A stretch of DNA of 64,000 nucleotides from an uncultured Gammaproteobacteria bacterium (GCA_964567285.1 CAZMLO010000005.1:55866-119865); one strand, 5' to 3'; shown: positions 1-9,777, counted from the first letter of the stretch. Program-made: numbers and translations. Notes: generated by a model not told the origin, from the sequence alone.

Positions 1-1273
1 CTGGATTACCCATGGCGCATACGGAGAGGGGTCTGGCTCCATCCGCAATCAAAGAGCCGGCACCTTTGAGCACAGCAACTCCGCCAAAACGAGCTTGAAG
101 ATTTTTGACAGCGCTGAAACGATCGTGCTGAATTGTTGTTGCATCAGTATCTAATAAACGTCCAGCTTCACCGGGATGAGGCGTCAAGATCCAGTTGTCT
201 CGATGTACGGGCTTTTTCGCTAAAAAGTTAAGCGCATCGGCATCAACAATCATGGGCAAGGTTGAATCCACTAAGAACTCCCAGAGCGATTCGCCCCACG
301 ATTGTCGGCCTAAACCGGGCCCGATCACAACCACAGTTGCTTTTTCCAGCAGAGGCATTAATTCTTTGGCTTTATTCACAGCGTGACACATCAGTTCCGG
401 TCGAGACATGGCCACTGTATCCGCATGATCCGGCCGGGTTGCGATGGTCACCAAACCAGCGCCCGTTCGAGCCGCGGCTTCCGCAGCCATTCGCACAGCG
501 CCAGCCATGCCACAATCACCACCAACCACCAAGACATGTCCGAAGTCACCTTTGTGAGCTGATTTAGCTCGATGCGGTAAAAAAGGGCAAAAATCGCTGG
601 CCGTCATTTTTTCACAATAAGGTACCACCTCAGAAATCACTTCTTTGTGAATGCCCAGGGCATCATGAAATACTTTGCCGGCTACCCCAACGCCATCGGC
701 AGTGAATAATCCGGGTTTTAAGCCGATGAAAGTTTCAGTGGCACTGGCGTGTACCACGGTGCCTTCAAAGGTGCCGGTATCCGCCTGTAAACCGGAGGGT
801 ATATCCAATGAAAGAATCGGTTTGCCGCTGCGGTTCAAGATATCAATCGCGCTGGCATAAGGTTCTTGCACGGCGCCCCTGAGGCCAATTCCTAGGAGTG
901 CATCCACAAAAACATCGGCATCGTAAACCAGTCCTGGCAAAAAGGGTTTGACTTCAATCCCGGCATGAACAGCATTGTGCCTTGCCCACGTGGTCGCTTC
1001 AGAAAAATTTTCTTCCGAGCCAATGAAAAAGACGCTGACATTCAAGCCCTCGTGCTGGGCCAATTTAGCCAGAACGTATCCATCGCCGCCATTATTCCCG
1101 TGCCCCGCGAATACAACGATCCTTTTGGCTTCAGGCCATTCTTTGCGCAATGTTTTGAAAGCCGCGGTGCCGGCGTGTACCATTAAATCGAGGGTAGAGC
1201 CTCCGCTGGCAATAGCAGCTTTTTCGATCAATTTGATTTGCTCGATAGAATAGAGCGGGTCCGTTGCAGTCAT
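1..1273 (-). CDS. nnr: Bifunctional NAD(P)H-hydrate epimerase/dehydratase (YjeF_N + carbohydrate-kinase domains), partial: C-terminus lies beyond the window start
   Basis: Manual minus-strand translation from the ATG at 1273 gives a continuous ORF to position 1 (MTATDPLYSIEQIKLIEKAAIASGGSTL...GHGNNGGDGYV...LTPHPGEAGRLL), typical of the YjeF family; the ORF track omits it because it is truncated. Confidence 0.8.
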   Translation of the reverse strand, partial: MTATDPLYSIEQIKLIEKAAIASGGSTLDLMVHAGTAAFKTLRKEWPEAKRIVVFAGHGNNGGDGYVLAKLAQHEGLNVSVFFIGSEENFSEATTWARHNAVHAGIEVKPFLPGLVYDADVFVDALLGIGLRGAVQEPYASAIDILNRSGKPILSLDIPSGLQADTGTFEGTVVHASATETFIGLKPGLFTADGVGVAGKVFHDALGIHKEVISEVVPYCEKMTASDFCPFLPHRAKSAHKGDFGHVLVVGGDCGMAGAVRMAAEAAARTGAGLVTIATRPDHADTVAMSRPELMCHAVNKAKELMPLLEKATVVVIGPGLGRQSWGESLWEFLVDSTLPMIVDADALNFLAKKPVHRDNWILTPHPGEAGRLLDTDATTIQHDRFSAVKNLQARFGGVAVLKGAGSLIADGARPLSVCAMGNP

Positions 1274-1331
1274 GAGTCACTCTCCTTATATTCTCTATAA
1301 TCATAACACATTATGAAGATTTTTTGCAGAA

Positions 1332-1396
1332 GGTGTCAGGTCTCCCGTTGACCATTTATCAAATGTTAAATGATCAACGGGAGGCCTGACGCCTAC
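1332..1396. repeat. Palindromic repeat element family 1, copy A (GGTGTCAGGTCTCCCGTTG...CAACGGGAGGCCTGACGCC)
   Basis: Imperfect inverted repeat of about 24-bp arms in the nnr-pncB divergent intergenic region; same arm sequence recurs at 2851, 3598, 8111 and 48371. Confidence 0.7.
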
Positions 1397-1464
1397 TCTC
1401 CGAGTTGTACTTTGGTGGACAATCAGGGATTATTCTGCTCAGGTAAATTGCAAGGTAGCAAGCT

Positions 1465-2841
1465 ATGCATTCAGAATCAGCTTTACTGACAGATCAATAT
1501 GAATTGGTAATGGCTCAAGGTTACTGGCGTCTTGGGATGGCAGAACAAGAAGCCGTTTTTTATTTGAGTTATCGTTCCAATCCATTTGGTGGGAATTATT
1601 TGATCGCTTCCGGTTTGTCGGAAGTCATTAAATACCTAGCGCATTATGCTTTTTCTGAATCGGATATCGCTTATTTGCAAGACTTGCGCACTGCGGAAGG
1701 TCAGGCCCAATTTGATCCTAAATTCTTGCAGTATCTCAGCGAATTAAAATTCCGTTGTAGTGTGGAGGCTGTTCCGGAAGGAACATTAATACAGCCCAAA
1801 GAGCCTTTGCTCAGAATTCAAGGCCCTCTGTTACAGTGCCAACTTTTAGAAACAGCTTTAATCAATTTCGTGAATTTTTCCAGCTTGATCGCAACAAAAG
1901 CCTCCCGAGTATTTTTGGAGGCGCAGGGCGATTCCGTCATGGAATTTGGATTGCGTCGTGCCCACGGGCCTAATGGTGGTCTGATGGCGAGTCGGGCCGC
2001 CTTTATTGGAGGCTGCGATTCCACTTCCAATGTTTTAGCCGGTAAAACCTTTGGTATTCCTATTCAGGGAACTCAAGCTCATAGTTGGATTATGGCCTTT
2101 CCCTCTGAATTAGAAGCTTTTCGAGCTTTCGCACAAACGAATAAGAGTAAAACTATTTTACTTGTTGATACCTACGAAACGCTGAACGGTGTTAAAAATG
2201 CCATCCAGGTGGGACATGAATTACGATCAGAAGGCTTTGATTTAGCAGGAGTGCGTTTAGATTCCGGCGATTTGGCCGAACTTAGTAAATCAGTCCGGAA
2301 AATATTGGATGAAGCGGGTTTCAATAAGACTTTGATTGTGGCCAGCGGTGATCTGGATGAAAATCGAATTCGCGAGTTGAAAGCGAGCGGGGCGGTGATC
2401 AATGTTTGGGGTGTGGGCACGCGTTTAGTGACTGCCTACGATCAACCCGCTCTAAACACGATTTATAAATTAGCGGCCATCAAAAATGCGAATCAGACCT
2501 GGGACTACAAATTAAAAATCTCTGACAGCGCAATTAAAACGACTCTGGCTGGTATTCACCAAGTTCGACGATATTCCACTCACGATCATTTTGTCGGCGA
2601 CCGTATTTATGATATTCAGTTAGGAATATCCGATGAATTTTTACCCGGTGCCGATCAATACGAAGATTTGTTAGTACCGATTTTTGATAAGGGGCACTTG
2701 GTTTACGAGCAACCCAGTTTAATTTCGATGCAAGCCAGAGCAAGAACTCAGCTCAATCAGTTTCTAAAAAGCAGTGAAAGTTATTCCGTCGCTCTCGATG
2801 ATAATCTACTGAATTTACAAAGAAAACTAGGTGTTGACTGA
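1465..2841 (+). CDS. pncB: Nicotinate phosphoribosyltransferase
   Basis: 458-aa ORF; N-terminal LTDQYELVMAQGYW and overall NAPRTase-family pattern. Confidence 0.85.
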   Translation: MHSESALLTDQYELVMAQGYWRLGMAEQEAVFYLSYRSNPFGGNYLIASGLSEVIKYLAHYAFSESDIAYLQDLRTAEGQAQFDPKFLQYLSELKFRCSVEAVPEGTLIQPKEPLLRIQGPLLQCQLLETALINFVNFSSLIATKASRVFLEAQGDSVMEFGLRRAHGPNGGLMASRAAFIGGCDSTSNVLAGKTFGIPIQGTQAHSWIMAFPSELEAFRAFAQTNKSKTILLVDTYETLNGVKNAIQVGHELRSEGFDLAGVRLDSGDLAELSKSVRKILDEAGFNKTLIVASGDLDENRIRELKASGAVINVWGVGTRLVTAYDQPALNTIYKLAAIKNANQTWDYKLKISDSAIKTTLAGIHQVRRYSTHDHFVGDRIYDIQLGISDEFLPGADQYEDLLVPIFDKGHLVYEQPSLISMQARARTQLNQFLKSSESYSVALDDNLLNLQRKLGVD

Positions 2842-2850
2842 AGAGTTAAA

Positions 2851-2912
2851 GGTGTCAGGTCTCCCGTTGGCTATTTAGCATCGTTACATAGCTAACGGGA
2901 GACCTGACACCT
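2851..2912. repeat. Palindromic repeat element family 1, copy B
   Basis: GGTGTCAGGTCTCCCGTTGGCTAT...ATAGCTAACGGGAGACCTGACACC, near-perfect 24-bp arms, starts 10 nt after the pncB stop. Confidence 0.75.
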
Positions 2913-2987
2913 TACATTTTGTAACCGTTTGACTGACTTCTTCACTGTGTTAAACTTCGATTTTCAATCTACGGAAGGATATCCGAT

Positions 2988-3590
2988 ATGCTAGCCATCA
3001 TCTTTGGCATTTTTGCTTATCTGCTGGGTTCTGTGAATACAGCCATTATCGTTTGTCAATTTTTAAAATTACCGGATCCTCGGACGGGCGGTTCTAAAAA
3101 TCCGGGGGCAACTAATGTTTTAAGAGTGGCGGGTAGAAACCCGGCGATTTTGGTTTTGGTGGCGGATGTGCTTAAAGGATTTATTGCCGTATTTTTAGCA
3201 GGGATGTTTGGGCCCTCGGGATTTGGATTGGCTTTTGTGGCTTTAGCAGCGACTTTAGGTCATGTTTTCCCTGTATTTTATGGGTTTCATGGTGGTAAAG
3301 GGGTCGCGACGGCATTGGGTGGATTTTTGGGTTTATCATTTCCTATCGGGATTGTCTGTTTGGTGATTTGGGCTCTTACATTATTTGTCACCCGCTATGC
3401 ATCCTTGAGCTCGTTGATCGCCGTATCGAGTGCGCCTATTTTATTATTATTTGCCAACCTTGGCTATTTTATACCCACTTTAGCAATTGCAGGCCTTGTC
3501 GCCTGGCGACATCTGGAAAATATCGCCCGCTTAAGAGCAGGCACCGAAAACAAAATGGATTTTGGAAATCCTCCAGCAGCATCAGGCTAA
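2988..3590 (+). CDS. plsY: Glycerol-3-phosphate acyltransferase PlsY
   Basis: 200 aa, multiple TM segments, GGSKNPGATNVLR motif characteristic of PlsY. Confidence 0.85.
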   Translation: MLAIIFGIFAYLLGSVNTAIIVCQFLKLPDPRTGGSKNPGATNVLRVAGRNPAILVLVADVLKGFIAVFLAGMFGPSGFGLAFVALAATLGHVFPVFYGFHGGKGVATALGGFLGLSFPIGIVCLVIWALTLFVTRYASLSSLIAVSSAPILLLFANLGYFIPTLAIAGLVAWRHLENIARLRAGTENKMDFGNPPAASG

Positions 3591-3597
3591 ATGTAAA

Positions 3598-3660
3598 AGT
3601 GTCAGGGAGAAGGGGGCGGCCCTCCCTTCTCCCCACACAGTTCAACGGGAGACTCGACAC
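3598..3660. repeat. Palindromic repeat element family 1, copy C (variant with nested GC-rich palindrome)
   Basis: GTGTCAGGGAGAAGGGGGCGGCCCTCCCTTCTCCCC...CAACGGGAGACTCGACAC, immediately after the plsY stop; may double as a terminator-like hairpin (no U-tract). Confidence 0.6.
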
Positions 3661-3744
3661 ATATCGAACGCACCTTTACATCAATAGGCTGAGATTGCTA
3701 TGCTAAGGGCTCAGAGCCACAAATACCGTTGGGATAAAATTACA

Positions 3745-5082
3745 ATGAAAAGGACGATGATCAATATCCGCCTCGTGCTCCTCATTTTAGGGGCTTGTTT
3801 ATTCAACACTGTCGTTGAAGCAACAACTGTAACACTGAATAAAGTTCAGCTTTCCGAGACACCTTCCACAGCACGTGTAAAGTTGGAATTTTCTCAGGAT
3901 ATATCGATGGAGAGTTTTGAATTGCATAACCCTGAACGTTATGTGATTGATTTAAATCATGTGACATTAGCTGCTGAACTTCCCAGTAAAAATTATCCTT
4001 CTCCGCTGAAAAAAATCCGCAGCAATTCAGATGCAGAAAAACTTAGAATAGTCTTGGACTTAGAGCAAAATATTAAACCTCAATTGATGAAAACCAAACA
4101 CTCAAAACTGCAATCAGCTACACTGACCATTAATATTCCGCGCCAGGGCATGAAAGCGGCTCACCCTGAAAAATCTTTAGGGCGTTTATCGTACGCAAAA
4201 AAACCTTCAAAAGCTCAGCCACTACCTGAACCCAAAGCGATTGAAGCAGATGATGATTCCGAAGACTACGACGATGATCAAGAGGAAGAAAAACAACATT
4301 CCATCCAAGCATTACCAGATCCTAGTGCTGTGAAATTGCGAGCGCCTCGTGATGTGGTGGTTGTCATTGATGCTGGACATGGCGGAAAAGATCCTGGTGC
4401 CAAAGGCTGTAATGGCACTCAAGAAAAAGATGTTGTCTTGGAAATCGCAAAACGTTTGCAATATCAAATTAATCAGCAACCGGGTTTTAAAGCCGTTCTA
4501 ACGCGCAAAGGGGATTATTTTATTGGATTGCGTGAACGTCTTGATTTAGCCCGAAAATACCGTGGCGATATGTTTATTGCCATTCATGCCGATGCGCATG
4601 AACATTTGGATGCTTGTGGTGTAGGAGTGTACGCCTTGTCTCAGCGAGGTGCCACCTCTGAAGCGGCTCGTTGGTTGGCGCAGCGCGAAAATGCTTCTGA
4701 ATTTGTTGGAGGTTTGGATCTCAGTGATAAAGATCATGTCTTAAAATCAGTGCTGATTGACCTTTCACAAACTCAATCCATCACAGCCAGTTTACAAATG
4801 GGTTCTGTGCTCTTGCAGCATTTAGGAAAATTTGCCCCCTTGCATCATAACACAGTAGAACAAGCCGCTTTTGTGGTGTTGAAATCACCCGATATTCCCT
4901 CGCTATTAATCGAAACCGGATTTATTTCGAATACCCGAGAAGAGCGTCGGTTGAGAAGTCCGCAGTATCAAACACAGATTGCTGAAGCACTATTAATCGG
5001 TATCAAAGATTATTTTGTTCATCACCCTCCTCGTGGCAGTAGTTTGGCATTAACGCAGTCAAACAAAGGACGTCGGACTTAA
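3745..5082 (+). CDS. amiC: N-acetylmuramoyl-L-alanine amidase (AmiC/AmiB type; N-terminal AMIN-like region + amidase_3 domain)
   Basis: VVVIDAGHGGKDPGA, MFIAIHADA and LLIETGFISN motifs; signal peptide beginning MKRTMINIRLVLLILG; ORF track starts at 3700 but the signal-peptide Met at 3745 is the likelier start. Confidence 0.85.
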   Translation: MKRTMINIRLVLLILGACLFNTVVEATTVTLNKVQLSETPSTARVKLEFSQDISMESFELHNPERYVIDLNHVTLAAELPSKNYPSPLKKIRSNSDAEKLRIVLDLEQNIKPQLMKTKHSKLQSATLTINIPRQGMKAAHPEKSLGRLSYAKKPSKAQPLPEPKAIEADDDSEDYDDDQEEEKQHSIQALPDPSAVKLRAPRDVVVVIDAGHGGKDPGAKGCNGTQEKDVVLEIAKRLQYQINQQPGFKAVLTRKGDYFIGLRERLDLARKYRGDMFIAIHADAHEHLDACGVGVYALSQRGATSEAARWLAQRENASEFVGGLDLSDKDHVLKSVLIDLSQTQSITASLQMGSVLLQHLGKFAPLHHNTVEQAAFVVLKSPDIPSLLIETGFISNTREERRLRSPQYQTQIAEALLIGIKDYFVHHPPRGSSLALTQSNKGRRT

Positions 5083-5172
5083 ACTGAATTTTAAGTATTG
5101 ATTTGTTTTAATTTATCCACTCACTTCAATTGCTAGAAGTGGTAAGATGATCAGATTTTGTCCAGGTCGTGT

Positions 5173-5236
5173 GAAAAGAATGATTTTAAAACCGGAGTTT
5201 ACTCAGGTAAATGAGGATTTTAAAATCATTCTTTTC
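5173..5236. promoter_or_regulatory. Perfect 19-bp inverted repeat (GAAAAGAATGATTTTAAAA / TTTTAAAATCATTCTTTTC) with 26-nt spacer in the amiC-mutL spacer
   Basis: Seen directly in sequence; position is where tsaE sits in E. coli-type synteny (no tsaE here). Confidence 0.4.
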
Positions 5237-5285
5237 GCGCGAGCTGGGCGAAATATGACATTTGTGTGTTAGGAAACCGAAGTAA

Positions 5286-7259
5286 ATGAAAATTCATCGT
5301 CTTGATCCCTTATTAGCGAATCAAATAGCTGCAGGCGAAGTGGTCGAGCGACCGGCTGCTGTGGTTAAAGAATTATTGGAAAACAGTTTAGATGCGGGTG
5401 CCACAGAAATTGATATTGTGATCGAGCAGGGCGGTTTAGGGCTTATCAAAATTCGTGATAATGGTTCTGGCATCGCCAAAGAGGATTTAGCGCTGGCTTT
5501 GTGTCGGCATGCCACCAGTAAAATTGCGAGCGTAGAAGATTTAGAAAATGTAGCGAGTTTAGGTTTTCGTGGTGAGGCCTTGGCGAGTGTCAGTGCTGTT
5601 TCTCGTTTGACCTTAACCTCAGCGGTGAAAAATTCACCCAGTGCTTGGCAAATTCGCTCAGAAGGGCAGGTCGATAATTTAGATATCGTGCCCGCGTCTC
5701 ACCCTGTTGGCACCACCATCGAAGTACGCGATTTATTTTTTAACACACCCGCAAGGCGAAAATTTTTAAAAACGGATAAAACCGAATTTTCTCATATTGA
5801 AACGGTGGTTAAACGCATTTTATTGAGTCGCTTTGATGTGGCCATTTCTTTAACGCACAATAATAAATCTATCCTGCAATCAAAAATTGCCACCAACGAA
5901 GAGCAACAAGAATTGAGAGTCGGTAGCATTTGTGGTGATGATTTTCTGCAGCATGCTTTGAAAATCGATATCGAAGCAGCAGGATTACGGCTCTGGGGTT
6001 GGGTAGGCTTGCCTACATTTTCTCGCTCTCAAAATGATAAGCAATATTTTTATGTTAATGGCCGTATTGTCCGCGATAAATTATTGACTCATGCCCTCCG
6101 ACAAGCTTATGACGATGTATTGATGCACGGACGCCACCCCGTTGCGGTATTATTTTTAGAATTGGATCCTTTCGGAGTTGATGTGAATGTACATCCTACC
6201 AAACACGAAGTACGATTCAGAGAATCCCGTTTGGTGCATGATTTTATTCGGCGCAGTGTGCAACGAGCGATTGCAGAAATAAGACCCGCTGATTCAATAC
6301 AAACAATGTCACCACAGATAGAAACGGCGAACAAAATTCACAGCATTCAGCCGAACCGATTTGAACCTTTACAAGCTCCATTAGCTTCAAATCCATTGCA
6401 AAAAACATTGTCACTATCGAATTCAAATCAGATTGAAGAGTCTGAAGAGCTCATCTTACAAGTTCAGCAACAACAATCTCAACCCAGTTCTTCATCGTAT
6501 TCCACGCATCAAAGGACAGCGCCTACCATTTCAGAATCGCGAATTCAAGAGGAAATGGCAGCCTATACTGTAATGCATGAAACGGCCGATGAGCTCGCAG
6601 AACAATTTGCCTCACAAAAAAATACCACTGATGTTTTTAGCGCTGATCATCGTGAGCATCAAGTTGAACAAACCATTCCGCCGCTGGGTTTTGCTTTAGC
6701 GCAATTAAAAGGCATTTATATTTTAGCAGAAAATGCACAAGGATTAATTATTGTCGACATGCATGCCGCGCACGAACGTATTAATTATGAACGCTTAAAA
6801 ACACAATGCTTGAGTGGGAAAGTCATTGCTCAAACCTTGTTATTACCCGTCACAGTTTCCGTCACCGAAGAAGAAGCCGATTGCGCCGAACAATTTTCAG
6901 ATACCTTTGAACAACTCGGATTATCCGTAGAAAGAATCGGTGAAACAAATTTAGTGGTAAGGCACGTACCCACCTTATTACAACAGTCCGACATCGCTCA
7001 ACTGGTTCGCGATGTGATTGCTGATTTATTATCGTATGAAAACTCCGAAAGAATAAAAGCCCACCTCAATGAAATTCTCGCCACCATGGCCTGTCACGGT
7101 TCAGTACGCGCCAACCGAACGCTAACCCTTACAGAAATGAATCAACTACTCAGAGACATGGAACAAACCGAACGTTCAGGCCAATGCAATCACGGCCGAC
7201 CCACCTGGTCACAACTCACCCTATCTGAATTGGATAAGCTCTTCCTGAGGGGGCGTTGA
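5286..7259 (+). CDS. mutL: DNA mismatch repair protein MutL
   Basis: 657 aa; N-terminal [35 protein letters not shown] motif; C-terminal dimerisation region. Confidence 0.95.
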   Translation: MKIHRLDPLLANQIAAGEVVERPAAVVKELLENSLDAGATEIDIVIEQGGLGLIKIRDNGSGIAKEDLALALCRHATSKIASVEDLENVASLGFRGEALASVSAVSRLTLTSAVKNSPSAWQIRSEGQVDNLDIVPASHPVGTTIEVRDLFFNTPARRKFLKTDKTEFSHIETVVKRILLSRFDVAISLTHNNKSILQSKIATNEEQQELRVGSICGDDFLQHALKIDIEAAGLRLWGWVGLPTFSRSQNDKQYFYVNGRIVRDKLLTHALRQAYDDVLMHGRHPVAVLFLELDPFGVDVNVHPTKHEVRFRESRLVHDFIRRSVQRAIAEIRPADSIQTMSPQIETANKIHSIQPNRFEPLQAPLASNPLQKTLSLSNSNQIEESEELILQVQQQQSQPSSSSYSTHQRTAPTISESRIQEEMAAYTVMHETADELAEQFASQKNTTDVFSADHREHQVEQTIPPLGFALAQLKGIYILAENAQGLIIVDMHAAHERINYERLKTQCLSGKVIAQTLLLPVTVSVTEEEADCAEQFSDTFEQLGLSVERIGETNLVVRHVPTLLQQSDIAQLVRDVIADLLSYENSERIKAHLNEILATMACHGSVRANRTLTLTEMNQLLRDMEQTERSGQCNHGRPTWSQLTLSELDKLFLRGR

Positions 7260-7288
7260 GATAAGTTCCTACGTGGCAAAGCCAAGAG

Positions 7289-7438
7289 TTTCTGTCTTAG
7301 ACTTACCTCTGTAGCGAATAGGTATCACGATGATAGCGGGATGGGCCATGGATGGCCCTTTGAGCGGAAGAGGTAAGTCTAAGACAGAAATTCTTGGCCT
7401 ATCCTGAGGCACCAATTCTTGGTCCATCCTGTGGCTCG
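7289..7438. repeat. Structured intergenic element: 22-bp perfect stem with 58-nt loop containing an internal GGGCCATGGATGGCCC palindrome, followed by two tandem 25-bp direct repeats
   Basis: TTTCTGTCTTAGACTTACCTCT (7289-7310) pairs with AGAGGTAAGTCTAAGACAGAAA (7369-7390); direct repeats AATTCTTGGCCTATCCTGAGGCACC / AATTCTTGGTCCATCCTGTGGCTCG at 7389-7438; lies between convergent mutL and pncA. Confidence 0.5.
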
Positions 7439-7452
7439 GCACTAGTCCCTGC

Positions 7453-8025
7453 CTAGATGATCTTCACGCCGAAGCTTTTTAAAACTCTGATCGTTTCAAG
7501 ACCGTCTTCTTCATTAATTGCCCGAGTTGCTTCTTTAACGACCACCGTCTCAAAATCATGTTTAATGGCATCGAGTGCACTGGCTTTAACACAATAATCG
7601 AGGGCAAGTCCCCCAATAATCAGGCGTTGGATATTGTGCTCATTCAGAAGCTCAACCAAAGTACGGCCATCTGAAGTCTCAGCATGAAAAGCCGAGTAAG
7701 CTTCGTGATCGGCTTTAAAAGCCTTGCTTACAACAAGCGTTTTTTCAGGGAAATGGACGCCCTCATGGAGCTCAGCTCCGTGTGTATTTTGAACGCAATG
7801 TGCTGGCCAAGGGCCGCCTTGTTCTTTAAAGCTGACATGGTTAGTGGGGTGCCAATCGCGAGAGGCAATAATGGTGGCGTGCCCCATTTGTGCGGATTCA
7901 ATCAAGGTGTTTATCAATGGAATAATCTTATCCCCATCTTGAACCTGGAGGGCTCCGTCTGGCAAAAAATCATATTGTAAATCAACTAGTAACAGCGCAT
8001 CTTTCGGGCCAAACTTTAAATCCAT
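7453..8025 (-). CDS. pncA: Nicotinamidase/pyrazinamidase (isochorismatase family)
   Basis: LLLVDLQYDF...IIASRDWHP...HVSF pattern (Asp, DWHP and His metal/catalytic positions typical of PncA); ATG at 8025 preferred over the TTG at 8043. Confidence 0.65.
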   Translation of the reverse strand: MDLKFGPKDALLLVDLQYDFLPDGALQVQDGDKIIPLINTLIESAQMGHATIIASRDWHPTNHVSFKEQGGPWPAHCVQNTHGAELHEGVHFPEKTLVVSKAFKADHEAYSAFHAETSDGRTLVELLNEHNIQRLIIGGLALDYCVKASALDAIKHDFETVVVKEATRAINEEDGLETIRVLKSFGVKII

Positions 8026-8110
8026 AATCCCACCCCCTAACAAAGAGGCGCCAGCATACAGAATTCCTGTTTTATAAACAATGGGTAAGATTAGTCGCCC
8101 AACAAAGGTA

Positions 8111-8172
8111 GGGTGTCAGGTCTGCCGTTGCCCCTATAACAATGTGACAGAGTCAATGGGAGACCTGACACC
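8111..8172. repeat. Palindromic repeat element family 1, copy D
   Basis: GGTGTCAGGTCTGCCGTTGCCCCTAT...GTCAATGGGAGACCTGACACC; the ORF-track ORF 8081..8815 reads through it, so the true CDS start is downstream. Confidence 0.7.
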
Positions 8173-8251
8173 TTCCAATTTTCCATCTGGGGTGCTTCTG
8201 ACGAAGATTTTTGATATAATCCGTAGCATTTCAATCTGTGGGTGTACGGCT

Positions 8252-8815
8252 ATGTCGATTCAGGGACTAAAAAATCTTCTGGTACGTTATAAAGCGACGT
8301 TGAGCTATATCTTGCTTATTGTGGTCTTGAATAAACTGTATGGGAGTTTACCGTTATTCAGCTTTTTTGATGAACTCGTATCGCCGCTCGATGTTGCCGT
8401 GGGCATGATCTACATTTTTCGGGATTTTTCTCAGCGCGAGATTGGGCGCGCAGTGATCCTGGCCATGCTATTCGCGGGGTATTTGAGTTTTGTGCTGGCG
8501 GATCAAACAGTGGCTTACGGGAGTCTTTGTGCCTTTTTAATCGGGGAATTTATTGATTGGGGCATTTTTACTTATACCCGCAAGCCTTTATCTCAACGGC
8601 TACTCTGGTCAGCTTTAATCAGCGCTCCTATTGATAGTCTAACTTTCCTCGCCCTCTTAGGTCGCTTGAACTGGTTAGCAATCAGCGTTATGACCTTAAC
8701 CAAAGTCTTAGGTGTGTTGTTCGTTTGGGCTGTCTGGCGATTCAAAGGCGATCATTCTGCTCTTAGTCCCTCGGCACCGCTTAGCAGAAGTTCAGGCTCG
8801 GCTCTCGAGACATAA
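8252..8815 (+). CDS. DUF165/VUT-family (YhhQ-like, queuosine-precursor-transporter family) inner membrane protein
   Basis: IYIFRDFSQREIGRAVILAMLFA and ISAPIDSLTFLALLG segments match the YhhQ pattern (FPFIFLATDLTVRIFGAPLARRII; NVSDTLAFFFIAF); stop is 3 nt before miaA. Confidence 0.5.
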   Translation: MSIQGLKNLLVRYKATLSYILLIVVLNKLYGSLPLFSFFDELVSPLDVAVGMIYIFRDFSQREIGRAVILAMLFAGYLSFVLADQTVAYGSLCAFLIGEFIDWGIFTYTRKPLSQRLLWSALISAPIDSLTFLALLGRLNWLAISVMTLTKVLGVLFVWAVWRFKGDHSALSPSAPLSRSSGSALET

Positions 8816-8817
8816 CG

Positions 8818-9777
8818 ATGACAATAAATCTAGCGATTCAGGAGGCTCCGCTCCAGGGCCGAGCATTACCGAAAGTTTTATGCTTAATGGGCCCAACGGC
8901 ATCTGGCAAAACAGATTTGGCTTTTGCTTTAGCTAGACAGCTTCCCATTGAAATCATCAGCGTCGATTCAAGCCAAATTTATCGAGGCATGGATGTGGGT
9001 ACTGCCAAACCCACTCTCGCGGAACAAGCGCAAGTTCCTCATCATTTAATTGATATTTTAGATCCCAGTGAATCCTATTCAGCCGCTCAATTTTGCCAGG
9101 ATGCTAATCGCCTCATCGAAGAAATTATAGCCCGCGGCAAAATTCCTATTCTCGTGGGCGGAACCATGTTGTACTTCCATGCGCTGCAGCAAGGTTTAGC
9201 GAAGTTACCTACCTCCGATCCGATGATACGTGCACAGTTAGAAACAGAGTTGGTGACTCGGGGGCTCGCCTCTTTATATGAAGAATTGCAACAAGTAGAT
9301 CCTCACGCGGCCGGCCGAATTAAATCCACAGACACCCAGCGCATTCAACGCGCCTTAGAAGTGTTTCGAAGCTCAGGAAAAACTATTACTGCATGGTGTG
9401 AAGGCCAATGTCCCCAAAATTTATCTTTTTTGCCAGTGAATGTCGGAATTATCCCTTCTGATCGTGCGATATTGTACAGTCGGATTGTGCTACGTTTTAC
9501 TGAAATGTTAAAAAAAGGTTTCATTGAGGAAGTGGAGTGGTTATACTTCCGTGCCGATTTGCATTCTAAGCTACCAGCAACGCGATCTGTCGGTTACCGT
9601 CAAGTATGGGATTATTTGGCCGGTAATTGTAGCTTTGCTGTCATGCAGGAGCGTAGTGTGATTGCAACACGGCAGTTGGCAAAGCGCCAGTTAACCTGGC
9701 TGCGAAGTTGGCAAGATTTGCATCGTTACGCAAGTGATGATCCACAACTTGTACAGCACATTTTGAAATTGTTATAA
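8818..9777 (+). CDS. miaA: tRNA dimethylallyltransferase
   Basis: LMGPTASGKTDLA P-loop, 319 aa, conserved position before hfq. Confidence 0.95.
   Translation: MTINLAIQEAPLQGRALPKVLCLMGPTASGKTDLAFALARQLPIEIISVDSSQIYRGMDVGTAKPTLAEQAQVPHHLIDILDPSESYSAAQFCQDANRLIEEIIARGKIPILVGGTMLYFHALQQGLAKLPTSDPMIRAQLETELVTRGLASLYEELQQVDPHAAGRIKSTDTQRIQRALEVFRSSGKTITAWCEGQCPQNLSFLPVNVGIIPSDRAILYSRIVLRFTEMLKKGFIEEVEWLYFRADLHSKLPATRSVGYRQVWDYLAGNCSFAVMQERSVIATRQLAKRQLTWLRSWQDLHRYASDDPQLVQHILKLL

Noticed and set aside
195-1253. Plus-strand ORFs (195-386, 262-567, 675-860, 965-1186, 975-1253) from the ORF track
   Set aside because: They lie antisense to a continuous, clearly homologous minus-strand nnr (YjeF) reading frame that runs from 1273 to the window edge; no motifs and poor coding look.
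3368-3706. ORF 3368-3706 (+) and 3469-3660 (-) around the plsY 3' end
   Set aside because: They overlap plsY in another frame and run through the palindromic repeat copy C; artefacts of the repeat's GC-rich palindrome.
8081-8251. 5' extension of ORF 8081-8815 (ORF-track start)
   Set aside because: This stretch contains a family-1 palindromic repeat copy (8111-8172). The DUF165 homology begins only at the Met at 8252, so the upstream part is read-through of a repeat, not coding.
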